64,000 bases of DNA from Antedon mediterranea (Eukaryota; Animalia; Echinodermata). Positions 28,101 through 40,475 of this stretch are shown one piece after another (positions within the stretch are counted from its first letter, which is position 1; each line of letters opens with the position of its first letter). Both the position numbers and the translations under genes were made by a program. Under the pieces are notes generated by a model that saw only the letters and a program-made list of their open reading frames with translations, had not been told where the DNA came from and made no database searches. The DNA lies in NCBI RefSeq assembly GCF_964355755.1, contig NC_092677.1, positions 24,601,175 through 24,665,174 of the forward strand. Direction: 5' to 3'.

Positions 28101-29133
28101 AGCTAACATTTTTATTATATTTCCAAATATAAATAATCTTTTTATGAATAGTTGTAATTTAGTAGGTAGCACTATGTCTGATATGCTAAATATACAAATA
28201 TCTAGTAGTACGCATGTAAATAGTATGTTAAAGGAAACTGTTGCAAAGTATCTAGAATCTAAAAAAATGACCATTGAATTACATAGAAATGACCTTTCAG
28301 ATATGGATGCAGATTCACTCGGACAGCTGATAGACGTTCACTTTTATAGTGGACTATATTTTTTTCGTTTAAAATGGAAAGGTGATTATAATCTATCAGC
28401 CAAGAACTTACAAGCTCTTCTAATTTCACCTCAGAAGTACAGATTTCTAAGAGTCGGTTGTGTTGATTTGAATAATGTAGACCTATCATCAATTAATGGA
28501 AGTACACTAGCTAACATTTTTATTGTATTTCCAAAAATAACACGTCTTTTTATGAATAATTGTAATTTAGTAGGTAGCATTATTTCTGATATGCTAAATA
28601 CACAAATATCTAGTAGTACGCATGTAAAAAGTATGTTGAAGGAAACTGTTGCAAAGTATCTAGAATCTAAAGAAATTACAATTACATTAAGTGGAAATAA
28701 CCTTTCAGATATTGATACAGATTTACTCGGGAAGGTGATAAACTTTGAAGCATCCGTGTCGTTAACATGGACAGATTATAATCTATCAGCCAAAAACTTA
28801 AAAGCCCTTCTAATTTCAGCTCAGAAGTACACAGTTTTAAGAGTCGTTACTGTTAATTTGAATTATGTAGACCTATCCTCAATTAATGGAAGTACACTAG
28901 CTAACATTTTTATTGTATTTCCAAATATAACAGATCTTTTTATGAGTAATTGTAATTTAGTAGGTAGCACTATTTCTGATATGCTAAATACACAAATATC
29001 TAGTAGTACGCATGTAAATAGTATGTTGAAGGAAACTGTTGCAAAGTATCTACAGTCTAACAAAAAAAAAATTACCATTGGATTAGGTGGAAATAACCTT
29101 TCAGATATTGGTGATAGACTTAAGATTTCATAG
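13158..29133 (+). CDS. Gene B: membrane-anchored NLR, tandem death-fold (DED-like)-linker-TM-FN3-NACHT-LRR, ~1486 aa; exons 13158-13170, 13859-14389, 15026-15094, 16833-16907, 17528-17698, 17807-17950, 25676-29133
   Basis: All introns are phase 1 with AG/GT ends, and the summed CDS of 4461 nt is in frame. Walker A GEGGVGKTT, Walker B LLDGLDE, sensor-1 TSRP, winged-helix HKLLAEALAG, and LRR motifs (LTELDLSHNDL, LKRINLESCNL). Confidence 0.8.
13339..13505. mobile_element. Palindromic PIF/Harbinger-type MITE
   Basis: TIR agcgtggttcc...ggaaccacgct with long internal inverted symmetry, flanked by TAA on both sides. Confidence 0.65.
13859..14389 (+). CDS. Gene B exon: tandem death-fold (DED-like) N-terminal domain
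   Basis: Helical ~177 aa with two repeats carrying DED-like patterns (TTLELINLV; SWSLIIDLEHNAHLSNKNMTRFIRTL); acceptor ctttccag, donor G|gtatgt. The fold assignment is by pattern only. Confidence 0.6.
15476..15540 (-). mobile_element. tRNA-derived SINE head / tRNA pseudogene
   Basis: The minus strand reads tggtctaacggttagg (A box) ... gagttcgagtctc (B box); no convincing acceptor stem. Confidence 0.5.
16833..16907 (+). CDS. Gene B transmembrane exon (ALVVAVVIAVIAVVVITFITTRPIG)
   Basis: Acceptor tgtgtttctttatag is identical to the gene A TM cassettes; 75 nt, phase 1-1; preceded in frame by KKK from exon 15026-15094. The donor gtgatg is weak. Confidence 0.7.
17528..17950 (+). CDS. Gene B fibronectin type III domain (exons 17528-17698 and 17807-17950)
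   Basis: RPNAPTVTLLEQNLTSITLRIEDPEYTG..LIFYNISFKY ... YTIKELLSEKPYKIRVAGKNKYMLGYQSEELYART matches the FN3 consensus (P.AP, SITL, Y.I, L...Y..RV.A.N..G..S); both donors are gtaagt. Confidence 0.85.
18460..21410 (-). mobile_element. Academ (AcademX-type) DNA transposon, internally deleted and frameshifted, in a gene B intron
   Basis: Termini TAGTTAGGG...CCCTAACTA, 3-bp TSD ACT on both sides, and subterminal inverted homology. Minus-strand ORF pieces carry Academ transposase motifs (WSDIAIEQTLMRHSKSQGGL; LFTRL...EL.P..SL) and an XPG/PIN-like nuclease (VIDGGWLIH, IFDTY..SIKDHEHKRR, FLSNLKNKQELI). Confidence 0.85.
22760..23720. repeat. Tandem array of a ~365-bp unit (~2.7 copies), probably internal to a non-autonomous DNA element starting near 22578
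   Basis: ggtagggggtaaca...cagatttgcattttc...tagaggtca recurs at ~22762, ~23134 and ~23496. Confidence 0.75.
25676..29133 (+). CDS. Gene B large NACHT-HD-LRR exon
   Basis: Acceptor tttcttttcag|ATGAA (phase 1) is in frame with the 1114-aa ORF; NACHT motifs are intact; LRR super-repeats of 130-136 aa. Confidence 0.92.
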
Positions 29134-29846
29134 TAGGCATTTGTTGCTTTATTAAATTTGGAAAGGTGGTTATAATCTACAAGTTCTTCTAATTTCACCT
29201 CAAAAGTACAGATTTCTAAGAGTCGAGGGTGTTGATTTGAATAATCCAGACCTATCATCAATTAATGGAAGTATACTAGCTAACATTTGTTTTGTATTTC
29301 CAAAGTTAACCCATCTTTCTAAGATTGGATGCAATTTAGTAGGTACCATTATTACTGATATGCTAAATACATGTAGAGAAATGAATATTGAACTGAACGA
29401 GAATTCAATATCACTAATGAACAATAACATTTCTATTGATGGCGAATCGTTACTTAAATTATTGTGTTATAAGAAACGATGAATACAGATGCTCAGAAAC
29501 ATTAGAGTGGAGGAGATATAGTTTAACAGGTGGCAATCTTAAAGATATATTACAACGACCTAATAACAATGAATTAAAGTGGAAATATGTTGATTTAACG
29601 GATATAGATCTATCTTTAATTAGTGGTGTTACATTAGCGAAAATATTTAAATTATTTCCAAACTTAACTTATATAAGACTGAAAATATCAGACGATATTC
29701 AGCGAGAAATGTTGAAGGAATGCGTTAAACTCAGTGTTTCATTAGAAAATATCACAATTGATGTTTCATTTTCCTCTGGACAGTTCTGCCTTCAACGAGA
29801 GATAATTGAAAAAAAAGGACGTTTAATTTATACAAATTTGTTATAG
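29134..29846 (+). pseudogene. Frameshifted continuation of the gene B LRR region
   Basis: ORFs 29237-29482 and 29436-29846 continue the DLSSINGS..FP.L..L...C.L repeat in different frames. Confidence 0.7.
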
Positions 29847-30984
29847 GACATGACATGAGAATATAATTTACAGATACAAACTTACCTCAATGTCCCCAAA
29901 CAATGTGCTTTAATATAAGTTTTGTTGCATAGGCTATGGAGAAATAAAATCGAATTTATGTTTGTATTCTGTGGAAATATAGGTTATTGGCATTAAACGT
30001 TATGATCGTACGTTAAACAGATTTTGTTTTTATGTAATGTCCATAGAATGTGGTACTTATCTTGACACTTGTCCTATGAAACAATTTGCCGTTTCCTTTC
30101 TTAAACGTTTCGTATAAATCTACAACTTCATGTTACAGACAGTTTCTGTTGGTTTGCATCATCCTCGAACGTTTTTGTTAATTAATTAATCAATTTATTG
30201 TATGGATATTTCATTTTCATTTATAATGTTAAATTTCAATCACTTTTTAAAAGTTAATAAATGGTTCAATTGTATACTTTATTCTATCACATGTTTATTT
30301 GCGTTAATGTAAAATTAATGTAACGTATATTGATTAATATGGTATAATATATAAATATATTCTGGTTTTTTTTTAATTATTTTAAATACTTTATTAGTTA
30401 TTTAATGTTAGGTGTACAATATCATATTATCAATTTGCATTTAATAAAAGTTTAATTGTAAATATTGTAAATATTTCAATGCTAAACTTAATTATTAACA
30501 ATAAATGGATGTACCGATAAATATACTGTATATAATAATATAGATTTAGCAAATGTGTATAATAAATAGAGAATTTGTAAACATTTGATATAGGCCTATT
30601 AAGAACAGATTCAGTGATTGTTCAAATGTTGGAAAGATAAACACTAGTAAAGTTAGCGAAGGAAATAAAGTATGGTTGAGAATTATATCTCGATATTTTG
30701 GTTGTGCTACAGACTGTCTGTTTATTCTGCATTGAATTTTTTTTTTTTCATTTTTCACATAGGCCTCCAAGAGGTAGATTTCATCTGCTTAAATTCATCT
30801 TTTATTATAGTTATTGGACATTTAAATCTTTGCAATGCAGGTTATAAAATTTGTAGTAAATAGCCTTGCCGAATTACTAATAAATGTACTAAATGAATGT
30901 TGCTTCTGTCAAAAGTATTTACGTGCGTTTTATTCCGTTCATTATACACAAAATAGTATAACAATTTATTATTTAAATCGTAAT

Positions 30985-31800
30985 GCGTAATAATAATAAT
31001 AACACTAATATTAATAATAATAATAATAATAATAAATAATATATTTATACAGGATAAAACAATCAGATAACAGTGTATCTGTTTTACATTGTGGTCCTGT
31101 CTTAATCAAAATATACATAAGAGAAACTAAATTAAATATAATACAGTGTTTATGAAAAGAAATGAGATTTGTATCTAGCCTTAAAGGACGTAATTGTTGG
31201 TGCCGATTTAATATTAATTGGTAGACTGTTCCATATTTTTGCGCCTGCAACTTTAAAGGACGAATTCATTTTACTAAGGGTGTATTTAGGTATTGTTACA
31301 TTCAAATTTTCTACTCCACGTGTTAAGTGGGTGTGAATATCGCGAATCAATTCAATTTCATTTACTAATCTAATTGGTGCAAGGCCGTAAACACATTTAT
31401 ACATTAGACATGCTAGGGAGAAATCTCGTTTCTCTTCAAGAGTTTGCCACGATAGGTTCTGGATGATGTTGTCACCCCTTACATTAATATAATTCGAGCA
31501 GCTCTTTTTTGATGTCGCTTTAAAATATTTTTGTTTAACTCTGTCGTATTTCCCCAGACTGTTATAGCATAATCACTACAAGGCTGAATTGTACTTATAT
31601 ATAGAGTTTCTAGTAACGGTTTACTTAAACTACTAGCCATTTTAATTAGCATTGTTATTTTATATCCAATATTTTTACTAATACATTGAGTATTTTGTTT
31701 CCAAGTTAACATTTCATCGATTACGACTCCCAGATACCTTATACTATCAACTTGTTCTAATTTACTGGTTCCAATTTGTATATTTAAATCATTACTGTCA
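30985..31800 (-). mobile_element. 5'-truncated CR1/L2-like LINE fragment (RT C-terminus, (TTA)n tail)
   Basis: YKCVYGLAP..H.HLTRG...PK...SSFKVAGAKIWNSLP.IK..FK and LY.S.IQP..DYA..VWG motifs; (tta)n at ~30990-31035. Confidence 0.75.
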
Positions 31801-32339
31801 GCTGTATGATTGTTTCTTAGTTACATAATTCGTATACATCAAACACTAAGCCTGTTGAAAGATCATACTAAATGTTTCTTTCTGCCACTAAATTAAAAAT
31901 TAGATCCCATTTCATCTTATATATTAACCATATTAACGTTATAGAAGTCCACGGTTGGAAGAGTCTATATGTAAATTGACGGACTGCAGCGTAAAATTAA
32001 CAGCGCACAATTTAACGGCTGCGGTCAGCGTAATTTTTTTAATGTTTTATATACATGTTTCTGAACATGCTCAGAATGAATTTCTGACTGTTTGGATTGC
32101 TTGTGCGTCATAAGAAGGTACGTGGAAAACCCTGTCATATGGGTTATAATTATTGCATTTCGCCGGGATTCCCCATCATTTAAGTATTTCCGTAGTACCA
32201 TAATTATATTTATCTTCATTTCCCTACGTCCGTAATATTGGGCAGAATTTCCGTAGACGGACGTTCCGAACTTTGAAATAACAGTGTTTAATTGCTTCTT
32301 TCTGCAAATTTCGATCATCTTTTCTTTTATTTATTTATT

Positions 32340-32770
32340 TATTTCGTTTTTTTTTAGTAGGGTAGCCCTCTCAGTAATAAAATAAAACTGCTCTTCCGAG
32401 GGGCCCTACGGCACATTTAAACAAAATTTGAAAACAACTTAAACTAAACTTAAACTAAAACTTAAACTAAAACTAAACTTCAATGCATGTTCTCATTATT
32501 ATTATACTTTTATACCATATTTAAATATATTTCACTGGAACCATCCTAGACCACCGGCAACAATAAATGAATCTTAACAAGTGATTTAAAACGGTTATAA
32601 TTGTTTTGTTTTCTTAATTCATAAGGTAGGCCATTCCAGAGTGAACTTCCATAATAAACAAAACTACGTTTGTATATTTCGAGGTTACATCTGGGCAAAT
32701 ACAACAGATTATTTTCATAGTTTCTGGTTTGAATATTGTGGTTTCTGGAGTGTGGTTTAAGCAACACTGT
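32340..32770 (-). mobile_element. Second CR1/L2-like LINE 3' fragment
   Basis: HNIQTR...LYLPR....YKRSFVYYGSSLWNGLP.ELR..FK is a typical CR1/L2 ORF2 terminus. Confidence 0.65.
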
Positions 32771-33229
32771 TGTACAGTATAGTGGATAAATGAAAATTAA
32801 TTTTGTAAATTGTGGTTTAATTACTGACTAATTTAGCATTTATTTCAAAATAATACAATTCAACGTTTTATTCAATATATATATATAGCAGCAACTTCAC
32901 ATTTTTTGTCTAACTTTTTAAAATTATTAATTGATAACAGGTCTAGTAATTAATTTGTATTAATTGATTATAATTGCTGGAATAATATTGTCTATCCTTA
33001 GTTACCGGCGGAAAAAATATGCGGGATAAATACTGCTTTTTACTACTGTAGTTCGATAGATATAGAGTGTCATTTCCGGCGAACTATAGGTGCCATTTAT
33101 CATGCATTTTACGTGCAAGAGTACTATTTCTGGCCACATAGAGGTGTCATTTACTTATACTTGGTTTCTATATGGCCCTGGACTCTTGGGCAACCCCCCT
33201 GCGACCGCCCCTGAAGATGGTAGAACTAC

Positions 33230-35864
33230 ATACACCACTTTATTTTGGAAGCTTATTTGGGTAAAGTAAACTATACAGTCAGTTACGTTTTACAATGTCT
33301 CTATTTTTGGGTTTGGATATAATAATATAGAGACTTTAAGAATTATCGTACGTGTCGACAATTTCATTGTACTATTATCAATAGAAAGACCTATTTTCAA
33401 AAACCTATTTATTAAATTGCATTGAAGCAGAAAGTATTATACTAATACTAGGTGTACTGAGGCCTGTCATGGATTAGTATGTACCGTATACTGTACAGGC
33501 AAATTATAGGCTTGTTCTATAAGTATAATTATACGAAAATCGAGTGATATAATAACAGTGTTGCTGTAACAATACGGCACAGGCAGGTCTGATTGATTTA
33601 AATTTTCTATTTATAAGCAAAGGTAAGTTTTTTTTAAATTAAATTAGATTTGTATACAAGGTTAGTATGAGATTAGATTAGGTTAAGATAAACCATTGAA
33701 GACCACTGAAGCAATCGTATAGGCATGTTTTAAGGTCTGTCATTAAGTTTTTTGCTTGCAATGAATCAATTTTCTGAGTATAAACTTGATAGTGTAGATT
33801 GTTAACGAAGACCACTCATAACAAAATCACGAAGTGCATTATGGGCGTTATGGTGGTGTGCATTGTGGAACTGCTCACAGTGGGCCAGAATCGGAATCAT
33901 GATTATGTGCCTCTAATTGTATAGACCATTGAAATCGCATTAAGTTTGCAATGCATTGTGGGCGGTATGAGATGAGCATTGTGGGCGGTATGAGATGAGC
34001 ATTGTGGAACTGCTCACGTGGGCCAGACTCGGAATCATTATTCTATGAATATATCATTGTATAAAACAGACTATTCACGTCAAGTTTGGGTGTAATGGGA
34101 TTGCGGAACGGTGATGGGTAGATGCAACTAAATGTTAGTTTGGAGTTCGTTATTAGCGAAAATGCAATTTATTTAGATTATTTTATTCAGAAATCCAATC
34201 AGCTAGATATTAATATTAGAAGGATTAACATTATTTTGGAATCAGCGAAAATGCAATTCGTGCAATCCCGTTATCACGATTATAGCACAGTGTTTTGAGG
34301 TTGACCTTGTAACAAAAATACACTTTGGAATTTCTAAACTATTCTACATTCCTAAAAATAGATGTACACTATTTGATAATAATGCATAACAATGATAAAC
34401 GCAATCAATATGGCTGTAACAATACATGATAACTGATTTACAAATAGTGGCTATTAGTGGAATGATGAATCCAAAATAAAAACATGCGAAATTATTACAG
34501 TTGGTATCTTACGGATAGGTCGTTCTAATACTGTACAACATGTCTTCCAATGGAATTTCAATCAATTATCTATATTTTATAAATATTACAAACTAATACT
34601 ATTTTACAGAATTAACCATAAAAACCTCTATTAGAAACAAATCAGGACAATTACATAATACATTACACCATATAACTTTGTGTGGCACGGTTGAATCACG
34701 AAGGATTAAATTGCTCCATGGTTGAACATAGATGGTCATTTATACTGTCATTTGTAAGGTTAACGGGACTAGTAGCAATATGGGTTTCTTAAAGACCAAC
34801 TCAGACAGCGTCGTACGACAAGGCTCGACGAGTCGTTTTGTCGGGAAAAGACCTAAGAATTACGCCCGACGCTATCGCAAGACGACTAGTCTCGTCGGAC
34901 GGAGTTGGCCTTAATGTGTATTTGTTATAATGACCATTGATGAAACGTATTTTCTGTCTAGAGGGCACACTAAATAGAAAATGAAAGTTCTTACAATGTC
35001 AACCTCTACAACTTGAATGTTTTAAACGAAATATAAAGTAGTATAAACTTGTATTGGTCTGCTCGCCTAATTGTAACATTTAAAGTCATATCATAAAAGG
35101 GAGGTGCGCGTGTGAGTCACAATCTTGAGAGTGTACCGTACTGAATAAATATGTTTCAGCTGAAAAGTCATCATACATGGCACACTCAGACATTATGTTC
35201 AAATTGTAATTGATACATTATGTTTAAAATAATTATTATCGGATATTAGAAATACATATATATTACGGCATAAGTATAAAGATAACAAAGCGTAACTATG
35301 GAACTACTACTAACACTTTCTTTTACAGTAACATAATGGAGGATAGATTTACAGACTTTCTTCAAGAATTCAGTGATGCCTATCCTGGTGAAGATGTAAA
35401 GGAGTTAAGATTACTTCTACATGACCACCTACCGATTAGTGCACTGTATAAGAAACCCAACTTGGGAATGGATTTATTTACTGAACTCAAGAAGAAAGGT
35501 CTTATCGCATACCATGATGTTAACATTATGTCAGAAATTGCAGAATTGACAGAAAATACTGCTGCAAAAGCCAGTGTAATGAGATACAAACAAGACGTTG
35601 TAGAATATTATGATGGTTTCGGTCCATATCGGGCAAGTTTGAAGGAAAGGCGTAAACAACTTTATAAAGCTGTGTGTAGTATAACTGAAAATAAGGGGGG
35701 TGATTTTCACAAATTGATTGCGTTCTACGGACTGCGTTCATACGGATTTACGAATAAATGGGATTTAGTATTTTATCTGGAGAGAGAACTCAAATTAGAT
35801 ACACAGATGAAGTTGAAGAGATTTGCCAATCATTTGGATGAAGGTGCAAAAACGATATTACTTA
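33230..35864 (+). repeat. Segmental duplication (promoter, non-coding exon 1 with donor at 33623, intron, death-fold exon) shared with 47300-49751
   Basis: Long colinear near-identity, e.g. aatacggcacaggcagg.ctgattgatttaaattttctat..aagca.ag|gtaagt at both 33570-33628 and 47660-47719. Confidence 0.9.
34792..34912. mobile_element. Harbinger-type MITE (copy also at ~48742-48890)
   Basis: TIR a(g/a)ccaactc...gagttggcct flanked by TAA; palindromic interior. Confidence 0.55.
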
Positions 35865-38800
35865 GTACGTATTCAAACCATTGTATTGTTGGAGGTAAAG
35901 GAACAACTACTATACTGCAAGGTTGGTTTTATATAATATATTTACTAACAATTAACAAGGTCTACGTGTAGTAGTAAATGCATTTATTATTTTTTTTCAT
36001 TATTTAGAAACATCAATGTCAAACCGAATCTACAATAAACCAATTTATACTTGTATGACATTAGTAAAGTCTTGTAAGATATTATTTGTAAAACTGTTAT
36101 TATTATAATACTGTAAAGTAAACTCTTTGAATTGTATAGATGAGGGGGTCAATTTTATTTCTTTATAATACAATTAACTTTTTTTCATTATTGAACATTA
36201 TTTAACGACGGTAACCCCAAACAGAGTTGACTGCATAAGGCCCAATAATACAAATAATATCAGTTTTTATTATGATGCAATTAAAAATTGTTATTGATAT
36301 TAAAATTCCTTTTGTTTCTTTATAGCTCTGATTGTTGCTTTCATCGTTCTTTTATTAAGCATCGGACTCTCAATGAACTACTATGGTAGTCAAAAATTGA
36401 CAGCATTGACAGACAGCAAGTATATTTTAATAGAATTTGTATAAAAATAATACCTATACGGCGTACTATATGTCATGAATATCTTGTCTATGGCTTTAAA
36501 AGAAAGGATTGGGCGTCATTCAAATCCAAAAAATATATATTCTATTTAACATGATTGCACAACAGATGGTCAAACAATTTTGAATTATTTTTAATTTCAG
36601 ATGAAATTATTAGAAACTTTCTGATAGCAGAACAGAAATTCCAATTTAGAAAATCAAGCAAACTACCGCCGACGTGGCAACACAATTATAACATTTTACA
36701 GATGTTTACCGATCCAGTGTTATATATTAAGCATAAACACATGAAAGAGGGAACACAAATACCATTAAAAGAACTTTTAGGTGTTGTCAAATCCATGGAT
36801 TCATGTAAAGTATGCATGACGGGAAATGGAGGAATTGGTAAGACCACTTTACTTCAGTATATATCTTACAACTGGGCAGCGAATTCAGATTCCACTTTTG
36901 CTGGTAAAATATTATTTCTTATAAATGTAAGAGATATCAGGGCAGGTCAAAAAATTACAGATGTGATTGTAGAGCAAGTTGAACTTGGTATTTTTAGTAA
37001 AAATACAAGACTCCCGAAAAGTAAAACAATTGTAGAAGCCTTTATAGAGAGACATGACAAAGAATTAGTTGTGCTGTTGGATGGATTAGATGAGTTAGAA
37101 TATGGTGCTGTAGGCCCAAAAAGGATATTAGAAGGCAACGAAATGAGGGAAAGCACAGTTATTATGACATCACGACCCGGTTTTGCTGGAGACTTACTTA
37201 ATCATTGCGATTTAGATGTTAACATAAAAGGGTTTTCTGAAAATAACATCAAGGCTTATATTCAAAAGTATTTTATTGAAAAACCTGCGCTTGGCGTTTC
37301 ATTGAGTGCAGAATTCAAACTGAATTCGAAATATGCAAGTGATTGGGGTGGTGATAATAAAATGATATTTGAACTATTGCACTCCCCTTTTGTATTACTT
37401 AAAATGTGTACAATATGGGAACATCAAAACATAATTCCTAACAATTTTGAAGGCTTTTTTATAGAAATGTTTCGCTGCATTTTAAATCAGAACTTTAACA
37501 TAATTAGTACTTCAAAAGCAATACCAGCGTTTAGCGACTTTCCGGGAGAATTTACCAAATCCATTTTAATATTAGGACATATTAGTTACAAAATATTACA
37601 ACAAAATTTACTTCATTTTACTAAATGGGATTTAAGAAAACTAGTAAAAAATGTACATTTAGTTGACTTATCACTTAAATTAGGTTTTGTTTACAAAGAC
37701 ATTCATCCAAATCCAAACTCATTTTCAGAGACTTACCGATATCCACATAAGTTACTAGCAGAGGCCCTAGCGGGGTTTTATTTGTGTTACAAGAGTCAAT
37801 TTGAGACATTAGATTTTCAAGAAAGTGAAAACATAAGAACTAACGCGTATCTACATATGACAAGAGTGTTTACAATTAGTTTTCTAGGTTCCAATGCTGA
37901 CACAATTATGAAACACTGGTTAGTGAACAATGCTTCAAATTATTATTCCTTTGCGAGATATTTTCAATATGTAAACCAAGCACACGAAGAAAGAGTATTA
38001 CAATCACTGGATAAACACCTATCCAAAGAAATGAAAATGCACGTTGACATCTTAAATCATTCTTTTAAAACGTTTCAGAGAAATAACAATTTACATTTAA
38101 TACAGCTTTTGAAAATATTGTATGACGAACTTACAGGTAATATAGAGAAAGTGTTACAGAAAGTCAGCATATTTATAAATGAATCAGATGAGAAATCATC
38201 TTGCAAGGTTGTAGCGCACGTCTCAATAATATTGCAACTGTACAAGTCTGAAATTCCTAATATTAGGCCTAATAGACGTGGATACGATTACTATTTATTG
38301 TCACTAGTTAATAAATGGGGTGATACAGCTATTGACATTCTTTCAAACGAATGGTCTCGATATTATTTAAATGAACAAATAAAATCACTTGATTTTTGGT
38401 ACAATGATTTAGAAAATGATTTAGAAAATGAGTTATATAATAATAATATAATAATTTGGCTTATCCGGCTTTTTCAAATTGTTCCTAACCTTGAATTTCT
38501 CTATATGTAGCGCAGTAGCATTAGTCATAGAGGTAAAGTTATCAACGAAATGATAACCGAATGTAAAAACAATACAATATTTAAGACACAACGATCTGAC
38601 AGATATAAATGAAGAAACATTAGATAATTTATTTAATACTTCTAACAATTTAGAACTTGTTAGCTTATATAATTGTAAATTAAATACACAAACAAAACGT
38701 ATGTTGACAAATGATGTACAATATTTAAAATCCAAAAATATTACCATTGAATTAGGTAATAAATACCTTTCATATATGGAGAAATATTCACTTGAGAAGT

Positions 38801-40316
38801 TTATAGACTTGATAAAAATGTATTATTTAACTTGGAATGATTATGGTCTATCAGCAAAACACTTACAGGCTCTTACAGATTTAAATATAATACTCTTATT
38901 TTGGATCATGTAGACCTCTCATCAATTAATGGAAGTATACTATCTAAACTTTTTGTTATATTTCCAACTTTGAAACATCTTTCTATGAACAATTGCAATT
39001 TAGTAGGTACCACTATTACTGATATGCTAAATACATGTAGAGAAATGAATATTGAACTGAAAGAACATTCAATATCACTTATGAAAAATAACCTTTCTAG
39101 TTTTAATGTTGAATCGTTATTTCAATTATTACATGTTGTGAGAAACATGAATTACCACTATAGACCTATAGAAAAGATAGAATGGAGGCAGTATGGTTTA
39201 ACCGTTCAAAATCTTAAAGATATATTAAAACAACCTAACATGATCTTATCCAAGTGGCAATATGTCGACTTAACGGATAAAGACCTCTCATCAATTAATG
39301 GAAGTATACAAGCTAACATTTTCGTTATATTTCCTAATTTAGAATGTCTTAACATGGACAATTGCAATTTAGTAGGTACCACTATTACTGATATGCTAAA
39401 TACATGTAGAGAAATGAATATTGAACTGAAAGAGAATTCAATATCACTAACGAATAATAACATTTCTAACATTGATGGCGAATCACTACTTAAATTATTG
39501 TATGTTATGAGAAACGATGAATACAGATGTTCAGAAACATTAAAGTGGGGGGATTATGGTTTAACAGTTAAAAATCTTAAATGTATATTACAACGACTAT
39601 CATATCTAAGTGGGAAATGATCGATTTATCGTATATAGACCTCTCATCAATTAATGGAAGTATACTAGCTAACATTGTTGTAACATTTTCAAATTTAAAA
39701 CACCTTTCTATGAAAAATTGCAATTTAATAGGTACCACCATTACTGATATGCTAAATACATGTAGAGAAATGAATATTGAACTGAAAGAGAATTCAATAT
39801 CACTTATGAAAAACAATCTTTCTAGTATTAATGTTGAATCGTTACTTAAATTATTACATGTTGTGAGAAACATGAATTACCCTTCTAGACCTATAGAAAA
39901 ACTAGAATGGAGGCAGTATGGTTTAACCGTTGAAAATCTTAAAGATATATTTAAAAAAAACTAACACGATCTTATCCACGTGGCAATATGTCGATTTAAC
40001 GCATATAGACCTCTCATCAATTAATGGAAGTATACTAGCGAACATTTTTGTAATATTTCCAAATTTGAAACGTCTTTTTATGAGAAATTGCAATTTAGTA
40101 GGTACCACTATTTCTGATATGCTAAATAAATGTCGAGAAATGAACATTGAACTTAAAGAAAATTCAATATCATTAATGAATAATAACATTTCTAATATTG
40201 ATGGCGAATCACTATTTAAATTATTGTATGTTATGAGAAACGATGAATAAAACAACAGAAACATTAAAGTGGAGGGATTATGGTTTAACAGTTAAAAATC
40301 TTAAATATATATTACA
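35336..40316 (+). pseudogene. Gene C: NLR with tandem death-fold-linker-TM-NACHT-LRR (no FN3); exons 35336-35864, 36008-36052, 36326-36385 (or -36415), 36601-38510; LRR region disrupted and truncated by Gypsy
   Basis: Phase-1 junctions are in frame. TM exon SLIVAFIVLLLSIGLSMNYY; Walker A GNGGIGKTT, Walker B LLDGLDE. There is a stop at 38510, then LRR repeats in shifting frames (38701-40250). It could still encode an LRR-less protein. Confidence 0.75.
38880..40316 (+). repeat. Four ~360-370-bp LRR-coding repeats alternating in an ABAB higher-order pattern
   Basis: gacctctcatcaattaatggaagtata at 38913, 39282, 39638 and 40008; the tails alternate RNMNY..IEK.EWRQY / RNDEY.CSETL.W.DY. Confidence 0.85.
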
Positions 40317-40475
40317 TCGGCACAGAATATCTCTGCTCATGTACAGATAACTTTCTACTTAAGTACACAATGGGATAATCATTACCCTCACCATCTATTT
40401 GGCTCAGCACTGCACCTATGCCATAATTTGAGGCATCGGTTTGCAATATAAACATCTTATCAAAATTTGGGGCTT

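Noticed and set aside
25789-29133. Naming the NLRs NLRC3/NLRC4/NLRC5 or gene A UNC5/PIDD1
   Set aside because: Only domain-level similarity is visible. These look like lineage-specific expansions and orthology cannot be supported from the sequence.
25971-29430. Minus-strand ORFs overlapping the NLR exons (also 36947-40264) and plus-strand ORFs within the Gypsy element
   Set aside because: These are antisense shadows of real coding sequence, with no motifs of their own.
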